From contig JAFDYE010000482.1 of the NCBI GenBank assembly GCA_018267585.1, positions 14,380 to 78,379 of the forward strand: a stretch of DNA of 64,000 nucleotides. Reading direction: 5' to 3'. The position numbers and the translations under genes were made by a program. This document shows, piece by piece, positions 26,375-36,129 of the stretch (its first letter is position 1; every line of letters begins with the position of its first letter). The stretch comes from Bacteroidota bacterium. Its GTDB lineage: Bacteria; Bacteroidota; Bacteroidia; Chitinophagales; Chitinophagaceae. Under the pieces are notes generated by a model, which did not search any database, had not been told where the DNA came from, and saw nothing but the letters and a program-made list of their open reading frames with translations.

Positions 26375-28747
26375 ATGCTAAGGAACTATCTCTCCATCTG
26401 CCTGCGGAACCTCTGGAAACACAAGAGCTTCTCCGCGATCAACCTCGTGGGACTGGCCCTCGGTATAAGCTGTACACTCTTCATATTCCTTTGGGTGAAG
26501 GACGAAAAAAGCATAGACGCCTTTCACAGCAATTCCAACCGTCTCTATTACGTCTATGAACGCAATTATATGGGTGGCAAGCTCCAGTCCTGGTACTGGA
26601 CTCAGGGACCCCTGTCAGAGGAGCTGAAAAAAGAATTTCCGGAGATCGAACAGGCAACCGCCATCTCCTGGTCTTCGACCAGCACATTCTCAGTGGGAGA
26701 GAAGGCGTTGAAGGAATCCGGCTACAGCGCCGGCGCCGAATTCTTTACGATGTTCAGCCACCCGCTGCTGGAGGGTTCCGCAAAGCAGGCCCTGAATACC
26801 CCGAAAAGCCTGGCAATTTCCCGGAAGATGGCGGTAGATTTTTTTGGCAGCCCCTCCGCTGCCATCGGCAAGACCATCCGATACGAGAACCGCAAGGACT
26901 TCACCATATCCGCTGTCTTCGAAGACATGGGAGATAAGGTATCTGATAAAGCCAGCTTCATCATGAGCTGGATGGCCTATACAGAGGACGGCAACGAATG
27001 GACAAAGAACTGGCAGGCCGTTGACCCCCGCACAGTGATCCTCTTACGACCAGGCGCCAACGCCGCAACGCTGGAGAAAAAGATGACCCATCTCCTCGAC
27101 CACTTTGAGACAGAGCAGAAGAACATCCGGATCGAGCTTGCCCTCCAACCATTCAGCGACTATTATCTCCACTCGGAATTCCGCAATGGTGCGCCCACTT
27201 CCGGAAGAATAGAATACGTACAGCTGTTCAGCATCATTGCCTTGTTCATCCTCCTGATCGCGTGCATCAATTTCATGAACCTGACAACCGCCCGGTCCAT
27301 AAGAAGAGCAAAGGAAATAGGCGTCCGGAAAGTAATGGGCGCACAACGCAGCCGGCTGATCAGACAATTCATCGGAGAAGCCCTCCTCATGGCCTTTTTA
27401 TCGGTCGTCCTGGCGCTGGCAATTGTGATCTTTTTGCTGCCGCTATTCAACGGGATCACCGGCAAACAGCTCGCCATCCCCTTTGACTCTCCCATCTTCT
27501 GGGTCGAGCTGATCGTCCTCATTCTCCTGACCGGTCTTCTGTCAGGCAGCTATCCGGCGTTCTACCTGTCAGCCTTCAACCCGATACGCGTCCTGAAAAC
27601 CGCTCTACCGTCAGGTACGCGCGGGAACGCCCGTTTCCGACAGGGGCTGGTCGTATTCCAGTTCGTGCTTTCGATCGTACTTATCCTTTCCACTTTCCTG
27701 ATCTCCCGTCAGATCGATTATTTACAAACCGCCCGGCTGGGCTATGACAGGGAAAACCTTATTTATATTCCGCTCGACGGCGACCTTCGGCCAAAACAGG
27801 ACGTCTTTACTGCCAGCGTCAGGAACCTGCCGGGCATACAGGATATCACCCTCATGTCCGACAACCCGACAACACTCAACAGCGGAACCCTGTCGATCCG
27901 CTGGCCGGGAAAAGACCCTGATGTCAATACGCGTTTCATACACGCAGGCATAGGGCCGGACTTCATGAAGGTAATGGGCCTCCATATGTCGGCGGGACGC
28001 GATTTCTCCGTTGACTTTCCTACAGACTCATCGGGTGTCATCATCAATGAGACTGCGGCGGCGCTGATGGGCCTCGCGGGCGACCCCATCGGGAAAACGA
28101 TCTATAGCGGAGACTACCCGCTGCACATCATCGGAGTAGTAAAGGACTTCCATTTTCAGTCGCTCCACGAAGCGATCCTGCCCCTGGTGCTGTCCGGGCA
28201 AAAGAAGAATTTCGGAATGGCGCTGATACGAACCCGGCCCGGCAAGACGTCCGTCGCCCTGGCAGGCCTCAAAGACATTTGCAAACAGCTCAACCCCGCC
28301 TTCCCTTTCACCTATATGTTCTCCGATCAGGAATATGCCAAACTATATAACGGCGAGGCGATCATAGGCAGATTATCCGTGATCTTTGCCGCCTTGGCAA
28401 TATTTATTTCCTGCCTGGGTCTGCTGGGTCTGTCCATGTTCACGGCCGAACAGCGGATAAAAGAGATCGGTATCCGAAAAGTACTTGGAGCAAGCGTCCC
28501 CTCCCTGTTTGCACTGCTTTCCCGCAGCTTTCTGGGACTCGTCGGGATCGCCTTTGTCATAGCGGCGCCCCTGGGCTGGTGGGCCATGCATGCCTGGCTG
28601 CAGGGATATGCTTATAGAACGGATATCCCCTGGTGGACATTTGCTGCCGCAGGCGCTCTCGCCGCAGCGATCGCCCTGATGACAGTGTTCTGGCAGGCGA
28701 TGGCAGCCGCAAGAGCCAACCCGATCCGCACCCTGCGGTCGGAATGA
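26375..28747 (+). CDS. ABC transporter permease (MacB/FtsX-type)
   Basis: MLRNYLSICLRNLWK, ACINFMNLTTARS..RAKEIGVRKV.GA, EQRIKEIGIRKVLGAS, ANPIRTLRSE. Confidence 0.93.
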   Translation: MLRNYLSICLRNLWKHKSFSAINLVGLALGISCTLFIFLWVKDEKSIDAFHSNSNRLYYVYERNYMGGKLQSWYWTQGPLSEELKKEFPEIEQATAISWSSTSTFSVGEKALKESGYSAGAEFFTMFSHPLLEGSAKQALNTPKSLAISRKMAVDFFGSPSAAIGKTIRYENRKDFTISAVFEDMGDKVSDKASFIMSWMAYTEDGNEWTKNWQAVDPRTVILLRPGANAATLEKKMTHLLDHFETEQKNIRIELALQPFSDYYLHSEFRNGAPTSGRIEYVQLFSIIALFILLIACINFMNLTTARSIRRAKEIGVRKVMGAQRSRLIRQFIGEALLMAFLSVVLALAIVIFLLPLFNGITGKQLAIPFDSPIFWVELIVLILLTGLLSGSYPAFYLSAFNPIRVLKTALPSGTRGNARFRQGLVVFQFVLSIVLILSTFLISRQIDYLQTARLGYDRENLIYIPLDGDLRPKQDVFTASVRNLPGIQDITLMSDNPTTLNSGTLSIRWPGKDPDVNTRFIHAGIGPDFMKVMGLHMSAGRDFSVDFPTDSSGVIINETAAALMGLAGDPIGKTIYSGDYPLHIIGVVKDFHFQSLHEAILPLVLSGQKKNFGMALIRTRPGKTSVALAGLKDICKQLNPAFPFTYMFSDQEYAKLYNGEAIIGRLSVIFAALAIFISCLGLLGLSMFTAEQRIKEIGIRKVLGASVPSLFALLSRSFLGLVGIAFVIAAPLGWWAMHAWLQGYAYRTDIPWWTFAAAGALAAAIALMTVFWQAMAAARANPIRTLRSE

Positions 28748-28765
28748 CCGGTATCATCCACCCGA

Positions 28766-29170
28766 TCAACGGAAATTATAGTCGATAACCTTCAGCGTCG
28801 TACCCGGCCTGCAGGTATCCAGGAACCAGGATTCACCCACGTCCTTTATATCGTAGACGAAACCTACCAACAGCGTGTCTTTGTCGTGACCCGGGGGAAC
28901 GAGCTTCTTAAATTCCAGCTGATGAGCCTTGTCCGGGATATCCTTTATCAGCATGGGAGCCAGCGCGGAGTCAAAAATGGTGCTGTTCTTCCCGTGTATC
29001 GTGAGCCGGAAAGTGATCGTGTGCACATCGCCGGAAAAATTCTGGTCGGTATATAGCCGGTATTGTATGGTCCTCGGAACAGGGGCAGGTTCAGGACGGT
29101 CTTTCTTGCAGGCTTCAAAAGCTACTGCGACAAGAAGGGCTCCGCAGAAGAGCCGGGTAATATGGTTCAT
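28766..29170 (-). CDS. Hypothetical lipoprotein
   Basis: Lipobox FEA-C followed by KKD, resembling the Bacteroidota lipoprotein export signal. Confidence 0.7.
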   Translation of the reverse strand: MNHITRLFCGALLVAVAFEACKKDRPEPAPVPRTIQYRLYTDQNFSGDVHTITFRLTIHGKNSTIFDSALAPMLIKDIPDKAHQLEFKKLVPPGHDKDTLLVGFVYDIKDVGESWFLDTCRPGTTLKVIDYNFR

Positions 29171-29402
29171 TTTTGGGTATTTTTCAGGTTATCCGTAAAA
29201 GTACGAGGTTTAGGTAAAGCCTGAGAGGCCGACTGTACCAACGGCAGCTTTCAGCTTCCGAATTGAGGGTTTTGATATCTTTACTGTATTGCCGCGATTT
29301 CCCCGGTCTGACGGGGTACCCGACAATGTGATCACACCGCTGTCGCTAAAAAGGAGTAATTTTACTGCGCCGCAAGTTACACTCTCACTAAAACGATTGG
29401 CT

Positions 29403-29957
29403 ATGGCCTACAAGAACAAGACGATCAGGAATCCTGTCACCGGTCAGCAGATCCGGTTCATTCAGACGAGCAAAGACACTGAAGGACAGGTATTGGAAAT
29501 GGAATCGACCTACAGCGCGATGTCAAAAGAGCCTGTCTCCCACTATCACCCTTTTCAGGACGAAAACTTTATCGTAATTTCCGGCGAGCTGAGAGTGCGG
29601 CTGGACGGAGAAGAAACACACACGCTACAGGCCGGCGACACCCTTCAGATACCCCGCGGCCAGGTACATTCAATATGGAATGCATCCAGACAACCGGCAA
29701 TCCTCAACTGGCAGGTCCGACCCGCCCTGAACACAGAAGAGCTGCTGGAGACCATTATGGGACTCGCGACAGACGGAAAATGCAACAGGCGGGGCATGCC
29801 CGGCCTGTTACAAATAGCCCTGACCTCGGGTAAATATAACCGGGAGACAAGGCTCATCTCGCCTCCTCCCCTGATCCAACGGGTCGTCTTCTCCGTACTT
29901 ACACCCTTTGCACTGATGGCTGGCTACAAAGCGGTATATCAAAAATATCTGGACTGA
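29403..29957 (+). CDS. Cupin-domain protein
   Basis: HYHPFQDENFIVISG and IPRGQVHSIWN cupin motifs. Confidence 0.85.
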   Translation: MAYKNKTIRNPVTGQQIRFIQTSKDTEGQVLEMESTYSAMSKEPVSHYHPFQDENFIVISGELRVRLDGEETHTLQAGDTLQIPRGQVHSIWNASRQPAILNWQVRPALNTEELLETIMGLATDGKCNRRGMPGLLQIALTSGKYNRETRLISPPPLIQRVVFSVLTPFALMAGYKAVYQKYLD

Positions 29958-29977
29958 TACCGACGGCCAAAAGACTT

Positions 29978-30409
29978 TCACCTTTTTAAAAATAATTTAC
30001 TTTTTTCCAGCTGCTGACTGAATTCCCCTAACGAAGCCGTCTGCAACATATGCGAAATATTCTCACGGATCTTCTTGAACTCATGATGCAGCGGACACGG
30101 CTTGACCTCCGAGCACTGTTTCAGCCCCAGCGCACACCCCGAGAAGATGCTGTCGCCGTCGATGGTACGAACTACATCAGCAAGGGAGGCATTCAAAGAT
30201 GATTGATGAAGATAAAATCCCCCGGAAGGCCCCTTTTGAGACTGGACCATTCCCTTCCGGCTAAGATCCTGCAGGATCTTGGCAATAAAATGTTCGGGAG
30301 AATCGATGCCTTTCGCAATCTCCTTTATCCCAATCTTTGACCCGTCTACCGTCTTTTGGGCAATGAATAACAGGGCACGGATGGCATATTCACAAGCCTT
30401 TGAAAACAT
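29978..30409 (-). CDS. Rrf2-family regulator (Cys-containing)
   Basis: MFSKACEYAIRAL, LAKILQDL-like IAKILQDL, SQKGPSGGF, CALGLKQCSEVKPCPLH. Confidence 0.9.
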   Translation of the reverse strand: MFSKACEYAIRALLFIAQKTVDGSKIGIKEIAKGIDSPEHFIAKILQDLSRKGMVQSQKGPSGGFYLHQSSLNASLADVVRTIDGDSIFSGCALGLKQCSEVKPCPLHHEFKKIRENISHMLQTASLGEFSQQLEKSKLFLKR

Positions 30410-30448
30410 AAGCTCACTTTAGAGCGTAAAAATACGAGATTTGTCAAA

Positions 30449-30470
30449 TAAAAGAGTTCTTTGTCTTTTT
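30449..30470. promoter_or_regulatory. Inverted repeat upstream of the Rrf2 gene (candidate auto-operator)
   Basis: AAAAGA-N8-TCTTTT (30450..30469), about 40 bp upstream of the ATG. Confidence 0.45.
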
Positions 30471-30481
30471 TTCCGAAGGAC

Positions 30482-33019
30482 TCATTTCTCCGCCGCCCAA
30501 AATATCGCGTTTGAAAATATTCTCCTGTAAACCGGCTCGTCAAAAAGAACAGGCGAGTGACCCATAAAGACGTAGACGTTGCGCGCACGCTTTCCCTCGT
30601 TCGTCCAGATCACAGGGTGATCCCCCATCTTAACGACAGTATCAGGCCGATAAGAGGACTCGTCGACAGACGCGATGACATGGACACCCGAACGGGGACT
30701 CTTGTCGTAGGTATACCACTCCTCTTTTACCACACTGAAAGAGTCAGGGATCCCCTTCATAACAGGATGATTATGGTCTTCGACATGCACAATAGCGCTT
30801 GCAAACTGAGGGATATAGCTTTTCCATCGGATACCACCCATGAACTCCGAAAACCAGGGCCAGACCGGATACCCGTCAAACTCTCCCAGCAGGGTAGCAT
30901 GGTGAAAACCGATCCACCCGCCCCTGCCCTGGTCTATGTAATCTTGGAACGCAGTCATCGTCTCCCTTCGCCAACCATACGGCACATAGTCCAGCTGAAT
31001 GACCAGCGAATAACGCGCAAGCAGCGACTCAGTCATCGTGTCGGCATGGTTGCTGTAGTCCACAGCAAAATTACTATCGGCCGCCAGTCGGTCCAGCCAG
31101 ACCCTCGCCCGTCTCGAAAAATCAATATGGTGACCGCCGTTCTCGTACAACGCCAGGACGCGAAACCGGGGGCTCGCCTCTGCCCGCAGGCTGCCTGCAA
31201 CAGGCGCCGCTACCACCGGCTCCCGCGCCGCCACAGCCAGCATGAACCAGGACGCGTGCGGCAGCCACTGTTCGGCCCACCGCCAGTCATAGTCCTTTCC
31301 GGTGACAGCATAGGAAAGGTTAAGATCAATGTCGTGCTCATCATCAAGACCTGACGTAATACCGTTGACAATGCCGCCCGGCGCATTGGTATATTCAAAG
31401 GTCCCGAAGAACCCGTAAGCCGGGTTGTGGAGCCCTGTCCCCTCCAACATGCCAGCATCAAAAGGATTGAGACCGAGCACCCAGTTCAGTTGGTCGAGCG
31501 CGAACCTTTGCAGGCTATCGGCAAATAATTGGTCGTTCGGGAATAATGGCGCCGCCAGTCGGGCCGCCGCAGCAATCGAGCCCAAACGGGCATTCTCACC
31601 CTGCCACCAGGGCGAAGCCTCGCTGCCATGCGGAAAGAAAAAAGCGCTCCATCTATTTCCCAGGGTATCCTGCACCAGCTGTCTGCTATAACCGAAAGGG
31701 TTGGTTACCTCATAAGTGATCTTCATCTCGTACTCCAGCGACCGGCGGACTGCAGCCCTTATCGACAACCTCGTGTCCTCGTCAGCATACGGGTAATAAT
31801 AGAGTAGGCTTACAAGCGGCAATCCGGCATCTGAGGGATGAAAGAAAGGACGACCTTTGTCGTCAGCACGCCAATATCCATCATAGTTGCGCCAGACGGC
31901 AAATCGGCGCAGCAGCCGGCTCGCCCTCCTGCCGGCAGCCTCCTTATAGACAATATTTCGCGTAGCCTTGTATAACTCGGTCGCCGCGCTCAAGGCACAG
32001 TAATCATCGAGTATATTCTCCTTCCCGTCATTGGTCATGGCAGCATTCTCCTTTTCCAAAAAAGCAAAAGCTTCCTCCGCCGCTTTCAGGTAGTCCCCGA
32101 CAGAATAGTCTCCCGAATTGCCGGCGCTAAATGCCATGGCAAGGGCCGCGATGGCCATACCCCCGCCAGATCGGTAACTGACCTGGTAGCCCCGCCAGTC
32201 GTCGACAATGCGATCTCCGGCAAACGACTGGTCCTTCGACTGTTTGATCCGATAGCTCCGCTGTTCCGGCCCGACGACGCGGTCCCCTGGCAGCTTTCCC
32301 GGTCCTGGCGCCGAAACCGACCTATAGAATGACCCGCCTTTTGCGTGCACCCGGCAGAGATAGTCCGCGCCATATACGGCCTCGTCGGTGATCCTTCGCA
32401 TGATCTGGCGAAAGTCGCCACCGGGCCTTGCCGCCAGCAGCTCGCCGGTCTTGAGCAGGCTGTACTCGACAAGAGGTATCTGCTGTGGATTGAAATACGA
32501 AGAGAAAGAAAGGTGAGAAAGGTGTTTGCCGTAGTCCCCGGTCGCGTCATACCAGCCCCCATGAAGGTCCAGCGTATCCTTTCCGCCACCCGGCAAAAGA
32601 TGATGATCTGCCTTGTCGATAAGCCCCGCTGAACGCTGGCCCTTAAAATAATAGACGATATCGGAAAGCGTCGCTTTCTCGAGCACATTCGAGCCGATGA
32701 CGAATGGGTGTGAGCAGACGGCGCCTACCCGTAGCCTGTATACGCCGGCCGTCCTGTATCCGCTGAGATCAATGGTCCAGAACAGCCAGCGCTTCCACTT
32801 GTCGACCGGACCACAAAACACCGGCACACCCGTATAGACGACCTTACCGGTGCTGTCATTGACGAGCTCGTAGGCGGAAATGTCGGAATGGCCGACGGCT
32901 TCGATCACCGCCCGCTTGGGCCCCAAAGACTCATAGCCAACCTGATTGACCAGGACCCGGGTCGACTGTGCGAACAGCCAGCAGGGTAGCAGCGAGATAA
33001 AAAAAAATCTATAGCGCAT
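30482..33019 (-). CDS. GH9 glycoside hydrolase (exo-beta-glucosaminidase-like subgroup) fused to a ThuA-like domain
   Basis: Ig-like N-domain VLVNQVGY; GGWYDATGDYGKHLSHLS...NPQQIP; C-terminal FRVLALYENGGHH...GGWIGFHHA...EEWY...GDHPVIW...MGH. Confidence 0.85.
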   Translation of the reverse strand: MRYRFFFISLLPCWLFAQSTRVLVNQVGYESLGPKRAVIEAVGHSDISAYELVNDSTGKVVYTGVPVFCGPVDKWKRWLFWTIDLSGYRTAGVYRLRVGAVCSHPFVIGSNVLEKATLSDIVYYFKGQRSAGLIDKADHHLLPGGGKDTLDLHGGWYDATGDYGKHLSHLSFSSYFNPQQIPLVEYSLLKTGELLAARPGGDFRQIMRRITDEAVYGADYLCRVHAKGGSFYRSVSAPGPGKLPGDRVVGPEQRSYRIKQSKDQSFAGDRIVDDWRGYQVSYRSGGGMAIAALAMAFSAGNSGDYSVGDYLKAAEEAFAFLEKENAAMTNDGKENILDDYCALSAATELYKATRNIVYKEAAGRRASRLLRRFAVWRNYDGYWRADDKGRPFFHPSDAGLPLVSLLYYYPYADEDTRLSIRAAVRRSLEYEMKITYEVTNPFGYSRQLVQDTLGNRWSAFFFPHGSEASPWWQGENARLGSIAAAARLAAPLFPNDQLFADSLQRFALDQLNWVLGLNPFDAGMLEGTGLHNPAYGFFGTFEYTNAPGGIVNGITSGLDDEHDIDLNLSYAVTGKDYDWRWAEQWLPHASWFMLAVAAREPVVAAPVAGSLRAEASPRFRVLALYENGGHHIDFSRRARVWLDRLAADSNFAVDYSNHADTMTESLLARYSLVIQLDYVPYGWRRETMTAFQDYIDQGRGGWIGFHHATLLGEFDGYPVWPWFSEFMGGIRWKSYIPQFASAIVHVEDHNHPVMKGIPDSFSVVKEEWYTYDKSPRSGVHVIASVDESSYRPDTVVKMGDHPVIWTNEGKRARNVYVFMGHSPVLFDEPVYRRIFSNAIFWAAEK

Positions 33020-33035
33020 ACCGTTATATTTACAT

Positions 33036-33350
33036 TCAGGTCGCTCCCCAGGGCAGGACTATTTGATAGAACCCACGGTGTCCCGTAACATATAGCGTCT
33101 TTTGATCTCCGCTGAGCGCGATCCCGGCAGGCGCTCGGGCGTCCGGATCAGCTGGCTCTGCCGCCCCTGCGGATCATAACGATAGACCTCTCCAACGGCG
33201 ATATAGACATTGCCGGCCTTATCGGTCATACAACCAAATTCTCCCCTCTCCACGCCATGCAGCGCACCGGATACATCAGTTCGGCCATCAGCGGCAATGT
33301 GGAAACAAATCTAACCGGTCTGGGCTATCGGACGCAACAAAGCCACCCCT
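33036..33350 (-). pseudogene. Degraded C-terminal fragment of an SMP-30/gluconolactonase-type beta-propeller gene
   Basis: ERGEFGCMTDKAGNVYIAVGEVYRYDPQG...IRTPER continues after a one-base shift as PAGIALSGDQKTLYVTGHRGFYQI. In-frame TAG upstream and no N-terminus. Confidence 0.5.
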
Positions 33351-33415
33351 TCTTTACTACTGCATCCGCCGATTTCCCCCCAAGGATAGGTGAAAGAGCC
33401 CGGATGCGCCGGCGA

Positions 33416-33529
33416 TCAAAGCCATATCGCAAAATAGAGGAGCGCCGTAAGAACTCCAAGAAGAAAGGAGAATAGAAGACCGGCGGGCGAAATATGGTCT
33501 CTGGACAACGTAAGCAAGATTCTTTTCAT
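33416..33529 (-). CDS. Candidate 37-aa single-pass membrane protein
   Basis: Manual translation MKRILLTLSRDHISPAGLLFSFLLGVLTALLYFAIWL*; below the ORF-track cutoff. Confidence 0.35.
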   Translation of the reverse strand: MKRILLTLSRDHISPAGLLFSFLLGVLTALLYFAIWL

Positions 33530-33690
33530 AGTGGTACTTTGCCCGGAAAAGGCAAGCCATATGCCATCCATAACCCATTGTTTACCAACACTTGCCCCAA
33601 GGCCAATTATCCCAAAAAGGGAACAATGGTCCGCTCTGGGACAGACTTATCAATCCGGGACAATAAACCGCGCCGGAGCCAGCCGAACAA

Positions 33691-35994
33691 CTACCGGCCA
33701 GTCTCCGCCAGCCTTCCACCCGGCGCCGCCGGTGGAAAAGATAGCGGCCTGTCAGCCTGCGCCTGCCCAAAGACGGGATTCGGCTTGTCACCCATATAGA
33801 ACCTCAGCGTCGCTCCCGCCTTGATATCCCGAAATCCGATATAAGACTTACGATACGGAACTCCATTAAGCGTCGCCCGCTGTATATAAATATTATTCGG
33901 CCCCCAATTATCGGTCTGTACCGTGAATACCTTGCCCCCGCCGACCTCCAGACGAGCCTCCTTAACAAGCGGCGTCCCAAAAACAAATATCCCGTTAGCA
34001 GGATTGACAGGATAAAGACCAATGGCGGTCATCACATACCAGGCACTCATCTGCCCCGCATCGTCGTTGCCGCAAAGACCATCGTTCTTATTGGTATAGA
34101 AAGAGTCGGTTATTTTTTTGATCTGCATTGCGGTCTTCCAGGGAGCCCCGGCAAAAGCATACAAATAGGGGATATGGTGGTTGGGCTCATTCCCCTGGGC
34201 GTACATGCCCAAAAGACCCGAGATATCCGGGGAAGCCTGACTGCCCATACTCTTGCTGACCACAAAAAGACTGTCTAATTTAGTGATGAACGCCCTGTCC
34301 CCGCCCATCATCCGGACCAGGGATTCAACATCCTGCGGAACAAGCCAGGTATACTGCCAGGCATTACCTTCCGTATAATCTCCCCATTCATGGATCGACT
34401 GGAAAGGGTCAAACGGTTCGCGGAAAGACCCATTCGCAAGCACCGGCCGCATAAATTTGGTGACGGTATCGAAATAACGCGTATAATAGCTCGCACGCTT
34501 CGCATAATACTGCTCGTCATCCTTCTTGCCCAGCCTGGCCGCAACACGCGAAATGCACCAGTCATCGATCGCATACTCCAACGCCTTGCTGACGGACTCC
34601 CTTTCCTTATCGGCCGGGATATATCCCTGCTCCTTGAGGTATTTCATCCCATAGTCGTCCCGGGTAGAAGAGGCCTTCATCGCATCCAGCGCAAGCTCCG
34701 GATCAAATCCCCTGAATCCCTTCAGGTAGGCGTCCGCTATGACGGGTACAGCGCTATAGCCAACCATACAATCGGTCTCCCGCCCCTGCAGATGCCAGAT
34801 GGGCAGCTTGCCCTGCTGCTGGTAGATGGAAAGCATCGAGTTGACGATATCGCTGACCCGCTCGGGATGTATAACGGTCATCAGCGGATTGAGGGTCCGA
34901 TAGGTATCCCAGAGGGAGAAGATCGTGTAGTTGTTGAACGGCGCCTTTTCGATCACATTTCCGTCAGTGCCGCGATAGCTGCTGTCGTGGTCGTTGTAAA
35001 GAGCCGGGGCTATCATCGTATGGTAGAGCGCCGTGTAAAAGACGGTTCGTCGCGCCGGGTCCGCTATCGTAGCCTGTATCCTGCCAAGCGCCTTTGCCCA
35101 TTTTTCGCTCCCCTGCCGTACGACGCCGGCAAAGTTCCAGCGGGGTATCTCCGCATCTATATTGGCAAGCGCCTTCTCACCGCTGATATTTGAGACGCCC
35201 ACCTTAAGCATCACTACCCGCGGCGTATGCTGAAAGGAAATAAGCCCTTTGACCGTATCGGCCTCCAACGTGAGCTCCCGGATGGGACGATCTCCGTCGA
35301 TCAGCGTGAGATCCTTTAACGCTACGCTGCTGCGAATGGCAAAATAGATACGCCTGTCCTTTGCCCACTGGGAAGAATTGCGCCAGCCGATGAGCGTCGA
35401 ATCGTTTAGCTTCAGCAGATGCGCCTTCACCTTGGGATGCTGCCAGCCGGCGTCAAAATTCCCCTGCAGCAGGTCGATAATAATATGCCCCGGGCGATCT
35501 GCCGGAAAAGTATAACGATGAAATGCCACCCGCTCTGTAGCCGTGAGCTCGACCCTAACCCGGTGATCCTTTAGCCAGACAGAGTAGTAGCTTGGACTGG
35601 CAACCTCCTGTGCATGCGAATAGTGCGATGAATAGCCCTGGCTGGGATCGGCCTGGCTGCCCGTCTCCGTCCTTACCGCACCCGTAAATGGCATGATCAG
35701 GATGTCGCCGAGGTCAGGGATACCGGTGCCATTCAGGTGATTCTGGGCGAAACCCTTTACGACGCTATCCGAATAGTGATATCCCGAACACCAGTCCCAT
35801 CCCTTATTGATATTGCTGGGCCCAACCTGCACAGCCCCGAAAGGCACACTCGCACCCAGGAAAACATGCCCGTGCCCGCCCGTTCCGATATAAGGATCTA
35901 CGTATCTCAAATTTCCAAACCGCTGGCTATCGCGTGACTGAGCATACAGAGTAACACAAAACCCGATAGCGAGACAACTAAGAACGAATTTCAT
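33691..35994 (-). CDS. Alpha-mannosidase, GH92
   Basis: YVDPYIGTGGHGH, FSLWDTYR, SKALEYAIDDW, TEGNAWQYTW, YAQGNEP, GNDDAGQMSAW. Confidence 0.93.
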   Translation of the reverse strand: MKFVLSCLAIGFCVTLYAQSRDSQRFGNLRYVDPYIGTGGHGHVFLGASVPFGAVQVGPSNINKGWDWCSGYHYSDSVVKGFAQNHLNGTGIPDLGDILIMPFTGAVRTETGSQADPSQGYSSHYSHAQEVASPSYYSVWLKDHRVRVELTATERVAFHRYTFPADRPGHIIIDLLQGNFDAGWQHPKVKAHLLKLNDSTLIGWRNSSQWAKDRRIYFAIRSSVALKDLTLIDGDRPIRELTLEADTVKGLISFQHTPRVVMLKVGVSNISGEKALANIDAEIPRWNFAGVVRQGSEKWAKALGRIQATIADPARRTVFYTALYHTMIAPALYNDHDSSYRGTDGNVIEKAPFNNYTIFSLWDTYRTLNPLMTVIHPERVSDIVNSMLSIYQQQGKLPIWHLQGRETDCMVGYSAVPVIADAYLKGFRGFDPELALDAMKASSTRDDYGMKYLKEQGYIPADKERESVSKALEYAIDDWCISRVAARLGKKDDEQYYAKRASYYTRYFDTVTKFMRPVLANGSFREPFDPFQSIHEWGDYTEGNAWQYTWLVPQDVESLVRMMGGDRAFITKLDSLFVVSKSMGSQASPDISGLLGMYAQGNEPNHHIPYLYAFAGAPWKTAMQIKKITDSFYTNKNDGLCGNDDAGQMSAWYVMTAIGLYPVNPANGIFVFGTPLVKEARLEVGGGKVFTVQTDNWGPNNIYIQRATLNGVPYRKSYIGFRDIKAGATLRFYMGDKPNPVFGQAQADRPLSFPPAAPGGRLAETGR

Positions 35995-36129
35995 GGTCCA
36001 AAGATACGAAGGCGCAAAATCTGCGCACTCTGTCAAATAGCTAAAGTTTGCTAACGGTTTTTGATGACATAGATCAAGCGCCGATCGAACCGGTTGTCGT
36101 TGATTTGGGGATCATCAAAACCACTTTCT

